64,000 nt of DNA, from NCBI RefSeq assembly GCF_009834535.1, contig NC_045698.1, positions 12,340,001 through 12,404,000 on the forward strand, written 5' to 3'. Made by a program: the position numbers and the translations under genes. This document shows positions 50,686-62,844 of the stretch, in pieces. The stretch comes from Camelus ferus. Its lineage: Eukaryota. Under the pieces are notes generated by a model, which did no database searches, was not told the origin of the DNA, and saw only the letters and a program-made list of their open reading frames with translations. How positions within the stretch are numbered: the first letter of the stretch is position 1; each line of letters opens with the position of its first letter.

Positions 50686-51185
50686 TGATGTTGTCATAAT
50701 TTCAACATTTTCAGTCTGTATCATTTCAGTATCATTTATTCTATGTAAAACTTGCTAGAAGGCCCTGTGACATTTTCCTTCTATGCAGTTCACGTTTCGG
50801 GGATAATTCCCACAATTGAAACCCACATCACAACAACCCTTTCATTTGATAGCCTTGACAACCATTTTCCCAACAGCACCATAAAAATGTTCTCTTTCCC
50901 ACAAAGACAGGAGGGCCGTAATAGAGGAAGGGGACAGAGTACCAGCAAGCAGTCTGCAGACAGGCTGACGTGTGGGCTGTTTATAACACTTGCCTTGTGG
51001 GCAGTGAGGGTCCCCATCAGGCTAGGAGAAGACATTCCAGACATGGCAGACTCAGGACAAAGATGAGCTGAGTTCAGTACAGAAAGGTTCCTTCTCCAGG
51101 GACAGGATCATCACCTAAATGTGACAGGGTGTCTGTCCCTGCACCTGGCTTGAGGGCCCTGTCGCTGGAAGGCCGAAGTCCCTTC

Positions 51186-51356
51186 CCAGTTGGTGTGCTG
51201 GAGAGCATGACCAGGCGAGCCCATCTCTCCCCAGGGCAGTGCTCCGGACGCCGTGCACGGGGATCTGCCTCGGAGAATTTACACCGAGGAAATTGGCAAA
51301 CGCTGTGAGTGAGGACTTGACATTTTGTGAGAGCTGGTTCACCAGCACAGCGCTGG
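51186..51356 (-). mobile_element. MER63A-like hAT-Blackjack MITE
   Basis: Termini CCAGTTGGTGTGCTGG...CCAGCACAGCGCTGG; internal ATTTACACCGAGGAAATTGGCAAACGCT. Confidence 0.75.
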
Positions 51357-51938
51357 ATTTAGAACACAGAGCGTCAAGTCATAAACGTATAACTCAGCTC
51401 ATCTCCTGTGGAATAATGGGAAATACTGTTTATTTTAGGATCAAGACTCACTTTGTGCTTGTCTGGATGGGACTCCCACTGGGATTGAAAGCAAACTTGT
51501 TGGAGGATTTCATCGTGCAGCTTGAATGTTGCTGTCCCGGCTTCTGTGATGAGGCCTCATCTTGGGGTCTGCAGGTACTCCAGCTCCCAGAACTGCCAGA
51601 GCTGTGGGCTCGGCCATTCAGGGGTGACTCCTCCATCCCCTTTTCAGCCTCTGTCGCCTCTTGTAGTCGGATCCACCATCAATCAGAACTTTGAGTGAAA
51701 GGTGATTTCCATTTTAATTTACAAAGTTAATGCTTACTAAGCACACACTGTGCTCTGGGCACTATGGGAGTAAGTCTACAAACACAGCTTCATTTAGTGT
51801 TTACAGAAGCCCCAAAAGATAGGTACTCCTAGCCTCTCCATTTCCCAAGTGAGAAAGCTGAGACAGAGGTGAGTAAAAGCCAAGATCACAAAGGATTTGA
51901 ACCTGGTGTGTCTGATCCTTGATCTTCCACATAGTGCT

Positions 51939-51972
<34 letters not shown>

Positions 51973-52589
51973 TGATAATCACCTATAGAGCTTTAAAAAC
52001 CTGGAGATGCTTTGGGCAGTGATTCAGAAATTCTGATTTATTGATTAAGGTGTTAGGCCTGGGAATTTTTGATAAGCTGTTTAGAGGGGTAGCTAATTAG
52101 AAAACCCTCCCAGGGTTAGATACCTAGAAATGCCAGACAAAACATTACAGCATCCTTTTACATGTGTAATTGACCTCTTAAGGCAGGAATGAATATTCTC
52201 TGGGGCCAAAATCAGAAAGAACTGAACTCCAGATGAGTAAACCTATGAGCTGGTTCTGAGGCTGTGCTTGGTAGCAGAGCACAGGGTGACAGAGGACGAG
52301 TGTAGCAGCCTAGCAATCAAGTAGGGGACATTAAAAAGTTTATTTGGTGTTTGATGCACACAAAAGAACATTATTCTTTTAAACATATGACTCAAGCTCA
52401 TCCATGTTGTTAAAGATGTACTTCCTCCACTTTGTGGCTGTATAATATTCCACGGTGTGACTGTACCACCAATTGCCCGCTCATTCTCCTGTCAGTGGAT
52501 GTTTGGGAGGCTCAAATTTTTTACTCTTATGCATTTATGAACATACACACAAGTCTCCTGGTGCACATGTGCCCAATTTTCTCCAGACA

Positions 52590-53660
52590 TGGAACACATT
52601 CAAAACGGAAGTCGTGATTCTTGCCCCCAGACTTGCTCTTCCCACTGTCTTCCCAGTGTCACTGAAAGTCAACGCCATCCTTCTGCTTGTTCAGGGCAAA
52701 CCTGTGGCATCATCTGTACTCATTTCCTATAGCTGCTGTAACAAATGATCACAAGCTTGGTGGCTTAAAGCAACAACACATGTATATCTTCTATGTTTTA
52801 GATTAGCAGTCCAACCCCGGTCTCACGGGGCTAAAATCCAGGTTGGCAGGACTGTGCTCCTTCTGGAGGCTGTAGAAGAGAATTTATTTCCTTGCTTTTT
52901 CCAGCTTCTGGAGGCTGCCTGAATTTCTGGGCACATGGCCCCATTCCTCCATCTTCAAAGTCAGCATGGTTGGGCCATGTCTTTCTCAAGCTGCCGTCTC
53001 TCTGTCTGCTACTTCCCTTGTCTACTTTGAAAGACCTTTGTGATTATATTGGGCCTACTCATATAATCCAGGATAATCTCCTTAAGGTCATCTGACTAGC
53101 AACCTTAGTTCTGTCTAGAACTTTAATCCGTTCCCCTTTGCTGTGTAACCCGATATATTCACAGGTTCAGGAATTAGGATGCAGGCATCTTTGGTGGACC
53201 ATTTTTCTGCCACAATACCATCCTTGGTGATGATAAACCAGTCTGTTAGGAAGCCCTGCAGGCTCAGTATTCAACATAAATTGAAAATCCAACCACTTCT
53301 TAACCATTCTGCAGCTATTGCTCCCTTGGACCCATCCACCATCGTTTCTCCTGGGATTACTGCAATAGTCCATCCGCACAGCCTCGTCTCCATGTGTCAG
53401 CCATAAAGAGCCTCTTAAGATGTGAGTCATGTCATGTGACTCTTCACACAAAACTCCCCAGAGTCTTTTCATTTGCTTAGAAGAAAAGCCCAGATGCTTA
53501 CAACGGCCACACAGCACCCAGATACAAGTGTTCCATCCCAGCCCCAACCTCTGTCTCCTCTTCTACTGCAGTCCCCACCCATTGCTCACTCCTTACCTTT
53601 ATCTTACTTTAAATTTGCTTATTGTTTTCTGCCTCCTTCTTCTAAAAAGTGAGAGTAGGA
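52590..53660 (+). mobile_element. LINE-2 fragment split by an MLT1D-like LTR (52715-53218, minus strand)
   Basis: L2 motifs CCATCCTTCTGCTTGTTCAGG and TCTCCTGGGATTACTGCAATAG flank TTTCCTATAGCTGCTGTAACAAATGATCACAAGCTTGGTGGCTTAA...ATAATCCAGGATAATCTCC. Confidence 0.85.
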
Positions 53661-53759
53661 ATTTTTTAATTTGGGTTTTTCACAAATATCAGCTCAAAGC
53701 CCAAAGCTCATTATTTATACTAAGAACAATTTTTTTTGTCCAAAGGGTTTGGACAGAGA

Positions 53760-54900
53760 TGGGGCCCTGGGCCAGCAAAAGAGGGGAGGTAGAAATAGAC
53801 CCACACATAAATCTGAGGACCTGGAAATGATTGTTCCCACGGCCAAAGGTGATGCAAGGGATTTTGTCTGTCTTGGGCTGGGCTCGGTCTCCTAGGAAGC
53901 AGTTCAGTGGTTGCCAAGGACTGGGAGGAGGTGGGGGCAGGGGATGGGGAGTGACTGCCTAGTGGATGCAGGGTCTCCTTTTAGGGCAATGAAAGTGTTC
54001 TAGAACTGGATAGTGGGGATGGTTGCATTACACTGCAAATGTACTGAATTGTACACTTGAAAATGGTTAGATTGTTGAAGTTTACTGCAATAAAGTCTCC
54101 TGAGAAGTTATTATGACAGCCCTACTGCAGGTGGATTTGGAACTGAATTTATACCACCTGCATGGTCAAGGGATTCCCAAAGCCGAGAAATTCACATAAG
54201 AAGTGGTGTCAGGCACATGATACCCCTTAGAGCTTTAAGAGAAGCAGGTGCATCTGTAACTCTGGAGGAAGGAAATGCCCTCAGCCCAGGCAGTGCTGAC
54301 ATCCCACAGGCAAATCCCCCCGAAGATGAGCTCACCGTCCCGAATTCCACGTCCCACCAGGGAACAAACTTCAGCAGGTGAAACCAACAGCAGAGTGAGA
54401 TGGCAGAGAACTCAGGACAACAGAATCATAGGCTGGAAACCATAGAGTGTGTTTAAACCAATTAAAGACCAAAATAAACAACTAAATAGGAAACATTAAA
54501 AAAAAAAAAAGCAACAGTCTATCAAGAAGATCAGGAATGTTTGAAAAAGAACAAAATAAAACTTTTAGAGATGAAAAACATCTTAAAAAATCTTAAACAA
54601 CTGATCAAAGAGACACTTAAGCAGGGCTTAAGAGAGAAAGTCTGAGTGGGGAAGTCCATCTGTGGCATCTCTCTAGAATGTGACACAGAAAGAGAAGTGG
54701 GTGGTAGACATGGAGCACAGGGTAGGAAGGTCTAAGTTACTGCAACAGAATTTCCAGAAGAGACACAAGAGGATGGGGGAAAGCTAATATTTAAGAAACA
54801 ACAAAGGAATTCCAAAAATTGATGAAAGATATCAGATTCAGGAAGCACAATGAGTCCTGAACCAGAAAATTCTCCCAAAGGGTCCATGATGGCCCTGAAG
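53760..54900 (+). mobile_element. Decayed L1/HAL1 5'-ORF1 region with a nested L1MB 3' piece (53905-54093)
   Basis: GAAAAAGAACAAAATAAAACTTTTAGAGATGAAAA and GAATTCCAAAAATTGATGAAAGATATCAGATTCAGGAAGCACAATGAGTCC resemble L1 ORF1; nested AGTGGTTGCCAAGGACTGG...CAATAAA. Confidence 0.65.
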
Positions 54901-55512
54901 GCAGATCTCCAGCTCTTGGTGGGGGAGGGGGGGGGCGCTCGGCACACAGAGAAAGAGATCAAGGCAGGCCCACCGGGCATGGAACATACACAGGCTTCCT
55001 GGGGGGAGCACACTTTCTTCCCTTACAAGTTTCCCTTTTATATGGCAAATAGTCATAGAGGGCTTTCTAGAAATATCTCAGAAAATTTTAAATATATGGG
55101 AGAACTAATTTTAAAAGTTGACTTCACATCTTTTTTGGGGGAAGAAACACTGTTATTCAGAAGTCAGATTATGCACCCCTTGCTCTTGGAAGAGAATATG
55201 TTACATTCTGGGAGAAATTACAGAAGACGTAGAGGCAAGGTGCTTTAAGGATATTCTAATCATCGAGGGGTCATGAATGCATGTGTGAATATCATTATGA
55301 AAAGTGAATACACCCATGGTATATATTGAGACGCAGAGAGGCTGACTGAAGGGGACAAGGTAGGGGCTGACTGATCGAAAATATGCTGAGTCCTTTAATT
55401 CATGAACCCTTGCCTGGGAAAAAGATTGGGAAAAATCACAACGATCTATAAATTGCAATTGAAGGACTAGTTTTTCACAGTATGTATGGAAATGACCGTT
55501 GATACAGGGCGT

Positions 55513-56040
55513 GTGGCAGACAGAGGGAGGCTGCAGATTTTCCTCCCATCAGGAGATGGGTCTATGTCACCCCTCCTGGAATCTGGGCAGCTCGGTGATT
55601 GCTCTGACTAATATTGAAGACGTGATGCCGTACTAGCTTTTGAGCTCAGGACTTAAGAAATTGGCAGCTTCCGCTTCCTGGCTCTTGGAACACTTGCTCT
55701 TGGAGCCTCGAGCCACCACAGGAGACATCTGGCTGCTCTGCTGCAACCACCGTGTGGAAAGACCCAGGCATCTGAGTGAAGCCATCCGAGACACCCCAAT
55801 CCAGTTCTGCTGCAGCTGAATCCCACCTCGTGATGCTAGTCAGTGCTAGAGGGACTGCACACTGTCCCGGCCAAGCCTGTGTCATAATGACTCAAACACA
55901 ATGGGAGCACGGAACAGTTCAGGAGGGAATTTTTTTCTTGATCAGCGGCCCTCCTCCACGTGGTGACTCAGGGATCAGTAAAATGGTTTCCAGCCATTAA
56001 TTTACGTAGTATGTTACATTGCAGCAGATACCTGGAGCCA
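55513..56040 (+). mobile_element. MLT1G/H-like MaLR LTR
   Basis: TGTGGCAGAC...CTCCCATCAGGAGATGGGTCTATG...AAGAAATTGGCAGCTTCCGCTTCCTGGCTCTTGGAACACTTGCTCTTGGAGCC. Confidence 0.8.
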
Positions 56041-56239
56041 GACCTTTGGATCATATGCCACTTTGTCCCGTTCCCGCCTCAGTCACTGTCATGTTCTGGA
56101 ATCTGGATGCTGACTTGGTAGCCTACTGAGAATTTCGGCCTGGACGACAGGCAGTATGAGCAATTGTCTTCTCGATACCGTTACATTTCTGGAGTGAGTA
56201 TCTTTTCTATATTCTCCTACCATTACATCTGTATTGTCA

Positions 56240-56750
56240 CCAGGGCCAGCTTCACGGGCATGTGACCTGTGCAGTCACTCAGGGCCCTGTGCTCAAAAGG
56301 GCCTATGCTTGGTTTAGTTCTTTGCAGTTTTCATCTTGAAAGTCTTAAATATTTTGTCCTTGAACTTGCGTTTTGTTAAGTGAAGTCTGAGGGAACCATG
56401 GAGCGGAAGGGATGTGTGTAACACGCGTGTCCACAGATGTTCCTTGTTGTCCCATGTGCAGGTACCTTTCAGGGGACCCTGTGGGCACAGATTCCAGTGG
56501 ACACACGAGGTGTAGGTATTCACTGACACTCAAAGCAAGTCCAAGATAAGCATCTGATGTCCCTGGATGACTAAGCAGGGGGTACAGACAACCTGCGAAG
56601 TCACGGATTCTTCTAGAACTGGAATTTGCTTCGGCTGCAGAAAGAAAAGCAATGCTCTAAGAAACAAGAATGACTCAAATGGGAAAGACTTCTGTTTTCT
56701 GTTCTGTGAAGTGTGGAATTTGTAATATGAGCTTCTCAAGTTGGTGATAG
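56240..56750 (+). mobile_element. Long MER45-type (B/C/R) hAT-Tip100 element fragment
   Basis: CAGGGCCAGCTTCACGGGCATGTGACCTGTGCAGTCACTCAGGGCCCTGTGCTC; colinear with 15989-16559. Confidence 0.8.
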
Positions 56751-57249
56751 ATAAACATTTTTGAACGTTGGTATCTCCGAGACCAGAGGAACTCTTGGGC
56801 AGGACGTGTTACCAGGTAGACCTGCCTGCAGCCATTTCAACGTGGGTTCACCATGGGGGGGTCTATGGAAAATCAGGGTGCTGCTTCATCCTGGACATTA
56901 GGCTCCTGAGTTAGGTGACTCTGCAACTTCACGTGAAAGCTAAATTCTTGTGACATTCAAATAAAGGAAGCACTTACATAGAAAAGGTAGTTTATCATCT
57001 CAAATTCAAACCTGTTAGAATTAAGGCTTTTGATTTTGAAGAAATGACCAGTCCTTAGCAGGGCAGGATGATTGGTTGGCTCATCCATGAAATCAGCCAG
57101 CAGTGATGTCAAGTAAACAGCTATGTAGGAGAGAGTTGAGGCTGTGAGGACATATCTCAGTTCTCCGTGTAACACACTGTGCTTCTCAGCTTGATCAGGA
57201 CTGTTTGGAGCATTTCAGAAATACAGGAGCAACAATAGTTTGTGGACTT

Positions 57250-57670
57250 TGGAAATACTCAGCCATAAAAAAGAATAAAATAACGCCATTTGCTGCAACA
57301 TGGATGAACCTGGAGACTGTCATACTAAGTGAAGTAAGCCAGAAAGAAAAAGAAAAATACCATATGAGATCACTTATATGTGGAATCTTAACAAATGACA
57401 CAAACGAACTTCTTTACAAAACAGAAACAGACTCACAGACATAGAAAACAAACTTATGGTTACCAGGGAGGGAAGAAGGGGTGGAGGGACAAACTGGGAG
57501 TTTGGGATTGGCAGATATAAACTACAATGTGCAAAATAGATAAACAACAATTTCCTACTGTGTAGCACGGGAAACTATTTACGTCTTATAATAATGTATA
57601 ATGAAAAAGAATATGAAAAGATGAATATATATATGTATAACTGACTACTATGCTGTATACCAGAAATTAA
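57250..57670 (+). mobile_element. LINE-1 3' fragment including the extreme ORF2 C-terminus
   Basis: ORF 57205-57444 contains YSAIKKNKITPFAATWMNLETVILSEVSQKEKEKYHMRSLICGI; 3' UTR follows, no poly(A). Confidence 0.92.
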
Positions 57671-57842
57671 TAGGAGAGGGGAGGTAGGTTCCTGTAAAGG
57701 TGGTTTGGGTCTTCCCTATAGGGGTAAATGGCACTACCATCTACCCACTTTCTCAAAAGGTGCTGTCATCATGTTTTCTCTCTCTCTTTTATATTCCCTC
57801 TTCCAATCAACCCCTCGCCCCATCCATTCTACCTTCTAAATA

Positions 57843-58067
57843 CAGCTGCCCCTTGAACAGCATGAGTTTGAACTGCATGGGTCCCCTTGTAGGCAGACAT
57901 TTCCCAGCAGTGAATATTATAGTTGTGCACGATGCACAGTTGCTTGAATCCTCAGAGGCAGAACCCCGGACATGGAGGAACTGGATACAGAGGGCTGACT
58001 CCACTCAGAAATTGAACTTTGCTGATGGTCAGCACCCCTAACTCATCCGTTGTTCAAGGGTCAACTG
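57843..58067. mobile_element. Tigger2-derived MITE (Tigger2a/MER28-like)
   Basis: TIRs CAGCTGCCCCTTGAACA / TGTTCAAGGGTCAACTG flanked by TA on both sides. Confidence 0.9.
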
Positions 58068-58082
58068 TATTTCCCTAGGACA

Positions 58083-59745
58083 GTTAAACTGGGGTAGACT
58101 ACTAACATGGTAAATCCCTGCTTTTTGTTTGATTTTTCTAAATGGAAAACCTTTAAGTGAAGTGGGATGATAAATTATTCACTGAGACACGTAAGAGAAC
58201 AGAGAGCTTAGTAAACTTCCATCCAAGCTGAGACCTGAAGATCTGATATCTCTGAAAAATCTGAAAATTAAGCGTGAGTCCTTCTCATTAATTGTAATTT
58301 TCTAGGCATGTTGCCCCAGCTAAGGAGGATAACAAAGTTAACCTCTGGATCTGGAGTGTCTCGTTCAGGTCTGTGACTACTTCGCTAATCCGTGGCTCCC
58401 ACGGCGCTTGCTGGAGCAGTTCGGTCATCTTGCGAGTGCTGTCTCTCGTCCGCGTGAGCTCCCCTCCACTCCATTCTGGTGACAGGGACCTATTTAAAGT
58501 GCACTCTGATCACTTCAACTCTAAGCACTTGTGTATGTTTGTATACACCTGCACGTGCATTTTAAACTAGTGTCTGTGGCTAAGCCCAGAAAATACCAAG
58601 GTGGACAGTAGTGCAAAAGTGGGTCTCGCCCTCAGGGAGCTGACAAATTAATGGATGGATCTAAGTAACTTAATTTATTTGAATGATTCAAAAAAGTTAA
58701 AAAATTCTCCTTATGTATTTTGTTAACTAACACTCGAATAACAATGCAGAATACAAATTTCTTTTTGCCGAAGTAAATAAACATTGTCAACAGCAAGACC
58801 TCACGGCAGGTTCACTTTATCCACAGGGGTGCCAAGTTTTGTTTCAAAGCTTTTGCATTCTTGTAGCAACTTGTATAACAATATGGCTGGAAACAAGTCA
58901 GCCCTGATGGTGTGGGAAAACCTAACACAGTTGATCAGATCTAAAATGCCAGAGATGAGAATTCTGTTTTAAGTGTAGAGGTTACCGGCCCCGGAGGGGA
59001 AGCGAATGTCAAACTTCATACGTTTGTGTGAAGTAGTGCTTGTCCTTCAAAGAAGTTTTTAGTGGAGAAAGTGCTGGCTTTTCTTCTAGAACATGAAAAA
59101 CACCTGTCACCATTTGATATTTGACTGTTAACACTGCTGTCAGGATTGCTGTCAGGATGCTAGAAGTTACACTGTATATACTGATGCCGCACAATTTTTC
59201 ATCAGAAGATAAAGTGAATAATAATGGTATTATTCATAAGTGTATTTCCCCAGCATATCCGTGTGGGGTTCATCAAATTTGACTATATAATGTGTTTGTT
59301 AACTAATGCTGATTATTTCTCAACAGTAGAAACAATTTATATTTTCCTTAAATACATTAGGAGTTGTGCAACTCCTGTCGATCTCCTTTCAATTTCCGGG
59401 ATTTCATAAACTCTGAATGAATGATTTCTACTTTTGGGTGAAATAAATGTTTTATGCTCCTACACTGAGCTTATAAGGCAAAGAGCAGAGCTGAACAAGA
59501 TATTTAACTGGGATGCAAAACTAAAGGAAATTCAGGCATTATTGTTTTCCCCCAATTGAAAAATCTTTAGATGAAGTGGGATGAGAAATTACTGGAAACA
59601 ACCCAGAGAATATAATGATCCAATAAGCTTTCGTAAGTTTAAGATTGAATACATAGAAATCTGAAAGGTTGGAAAATTAAATATGAAGTTTTTTTTTTTC
59701 TTTCAATTATGCTTTTCTAGGCGTGTTCCCCAAGTGAAAGGCAGT
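58083..59745 (+). repeat. Diverged direct duplication: ~58083-58330 and ~59504-59745
   Basis: Colinear shared blocks AACTGGG, ACTAA, TGAAGTGGGATGA(T/G)AAATTA, AGAGAA, TCTGAAA, GAAAATTAA, TTTTCTAGGC(A/G)TGTT. Confidence 0.75.
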
Positions 59746-62700
59746 GCCACAGGATGGCTCAGGGCTGCTTGGTTGGCTCTGATATTCACACCCTGAGGGT
59801 CTGGGCTTCACCTCCATTTGTCTCAGTTTGTTCTCTGTAAAATGGGTGGCATTACCTGCATGTCCCTCCTTGCGTCGTAAGGAGGATTAACTCCAATAAC
59901 ACAGGCAAAGCCCTTTGAATAGAGTCTGGCAGAACTTGGCTCAGAGTCAGTGGCTCTACAAATTTTAAATACCTTGATTCTGTATTCTGTCTGATAGGAC
60001 CTCAGCACAGACTTTTTATGGAGGTTAGCCTTGGCACCAAATGAGTGTGGAAGAAATCAAAACAAGAACGTGGGGATAATGATATAACATAAGGAGTGAT
60101 AGTTTAAGTTAGATGCCAGACACTGTTGGGGCAGGCATCTTTCTGATTTCCAAACAGAGCTGATGTGTGATTAGGCTGTCTTTCTCAAGAAAGCAAGCTA
60201 CAGTAACTCTTACACAGTCCCCTTCTGTTATTGTTTCGTGCGTGACTATGCAAAGATAGGAAAGCTTCCAATAAGCAACCTAAATATTTGCTTCAGAGGA
60301 ATTTTAACTTAGTTGTCCTGTCTTAGTTTCCTTGAGAACTGCTTCAATGTAATTTATCTTTTTTGTTTGACAGAAGCAGATTAGAAAGTTTTAAAAATAG
60401 GAATATAAAAGAATTCTTCTATATATTCCAAAAGATTAAATGTTACCTTAGCAAATCTATTCAAAACCCTTGGAACCACAGCCGAATCTGCATTGTGCTT
60501 GTGTGGAATAAGTCCTCCGAAGAGCATCACCTGAATGTTAGGGATGATGTCTTGAAAGTTCACAGGTGTCAGTTCTAGTCTTCCTGCTAATTCAGCTTCT
60601 GTGTTAATTGGAGGAAGAGTTTACCCTTTTGGACACAAGACAAGCATGACCGCATCCAAGGGACAGCTGCCACTCACTAAAGTCTCTTTGACCAGAGGTC
60701 ACTTTGTGGCAGGTGGAGTTCAACCAAGAAGTGGTGTTTGTCTCCCATGTTAGTGGTGATTCCTGCTCTGAAAGAACCGTCTGGAATTTCCTGATGTCAG
60801 GAACACTACTGTGAAAAACTTAGTCTCCTCAATTCCACTAATGACCCAAACCGCTCCTGGCATCATCCTCCTGAAATCCAGGACCCACCTCTCTGCTCCT
60901 TATATCGAATACTAGAAATTTAACTTCTTGGTTCTTCTAGAATTCAGGCTTCCCGTCAATAACCATCAGGAACACGAGCTCCTTAAGTTAAAAGTCCCTG
61001 TAGATTCTGGGGATAGTTTATAAAGCAGACTGATGTTGACAATGTTAACAATAATATTGAGAAAAATAATGTTGGGACTATTAAAATATTTCAGAGTGCG
61101 TCTCTTTAAGTACCAGGATAAAAGGAAATAATTCATCTCTCTTGAGCAGGTAGAGATGAAATTTTAAATGAAATATTTAAGTATTCAGCTATGTAGCAGT
61201 CATGACTGGAAACAACCCCAAGAAATAGGAAAATGCAACTGATAAGGAAGTTTCTTTCCAATAGCCACAATTCTGAAGTAAAGTAAAATGGTGAGCAGGA
61301 GAAACCAGAGAAATGGATCGTTTTACTGGATTAAAATGATACCATCTTCCTGGGTCGTTTGGATGATAACAGCTATTGAGTCGGTTTAGTTTAGTTTAGT
61401 TCAATTAAGGTTAGTAGGAACCTCCTACTTTAAACCAGTGGGGGAAGGAGTAAAAATTTCCATATTCACCAAAGTTTTGCTTCTGAAGAGATGAATTCAG
61501 TCACCTTTACCTTGGCAAACAGGCTGTCCCCATATTGAGCCAGAGGAAAACTATCCTAATGAAAGCAGACAAGTAACAGATGTTTTGAAGAATTGGAGGG
61601 TAAGTCAATGGATGCTGCCAATCTCCAGACTACCTCGTCTGTCACTCTGAGTCTTCTGTTTAGACAGCAAATATCCCACCTGCAGCCACTAAGCTGACCT
61701 CCCAGATCAGCTGACTAGGCAGCCAGGAATCCCCAAAGGGAAAAAAAAATTCTTGCTAAACTGGTTTCCTGGCTCACTTTGATTTGAATGAGACTTCATT
61801 CTTTAAGAGGAAGAAAGAGAGAAGAGAAAAATCCAAGGTTGTGCTCCTTGTCTTTTAACTTCAGGGGAATAGTGTAGCTAAGTTACAAAATCAAGTCCAA
61901 ACGGGTGGGGCTCCCGAAACTTCCCAAATGGGGAAAATTCAAATAGATACATTTCACATTGCAGATCGAGTCTTCTACGTGAAGAAGAAGGTAAATTTGA
62001 GAAGACAACATCAAGAACCGATAGGCATGAACTATTCTTTAATGGAGGAATGGGAGGGATTTGCAAATAGCCAGGAGCTAAGTCTTTTCTGCTTTGAAAT
62101 TGTGAAGTCCTGGAGCCTCTGCCTGAAAGTCAAGGCAGGTGTCAGGAGTGTACAGATCCAAGAGGAAGCAATTGGGATGGGAGAGATCCTTCCCCAAAGT
62201 TGGTCTCTCCTCTTTCTAAATTGTATTGTGGAAGCATTTTTCAAAAATATAAAAATTGGCACAAATAAAAGGCGGCATTTGGGGTTTACAGAGGGCACTG
62301 TGTGGTGGTGGGTGTGGTTGGAAACACCAATGGAACACTTTCCTGGAGTTAATCCCTTACTGGCCAGAGCCCCAGCTTTGGCAATTTATGGGGATTCCCC
62401 TCGTACTAGAATGACACTTTGGCCCAAATACATCTTGCATTTTGTCCTAGACCAAGTATCATTTCGATTTTCTCATCTTATTCTTTGTGTTCAGCGAAGT
62501 GACCAAATTACTCTCTAAAAAATTCTTTGGTGTACATTTCTTTAATACCTAGTTTCTGGAGACTTTATTTTCTATATTTGTGGATTCTTACAGAAACTTC
62601 GGTTATTATCCTCATTTCCTGAGGAGCCTGAGGCTCTCTGCCCGGTGGCATGGTACCAAGAATAGAAATATCCCTTCTGGCTTCTGGGCCAGTGCTCTGA

Positions 62701-62844
62701 ATTATTTCCCATGCTTGCCTTCTTGGCTACTTGCACCAGTGATTAAGGATATTTTTATGACAATAAACTTCTTCACATCAGAATTCTAGAGTTTTCACTT
62801 GGCTGTCTTTGTAGGCACAGTTTGTAAGGGAAAGTACTCCATTT

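Noticed and set aside
59358..59375. Short palindrome AGGAGTTG-TG-CAACTCCT
   Set aside because: An 8-bp arm is expected by chance in 64 kb.
61928..62518. Longest ORF in the window (196 aa, +)
   Set aside because: No domain I recognise, unusual W/F-rich composition, overlapping antisense ORFs and no evident promoter; compatible with chance in 64 kb. BLASTP or PhyloCSF would settle it.
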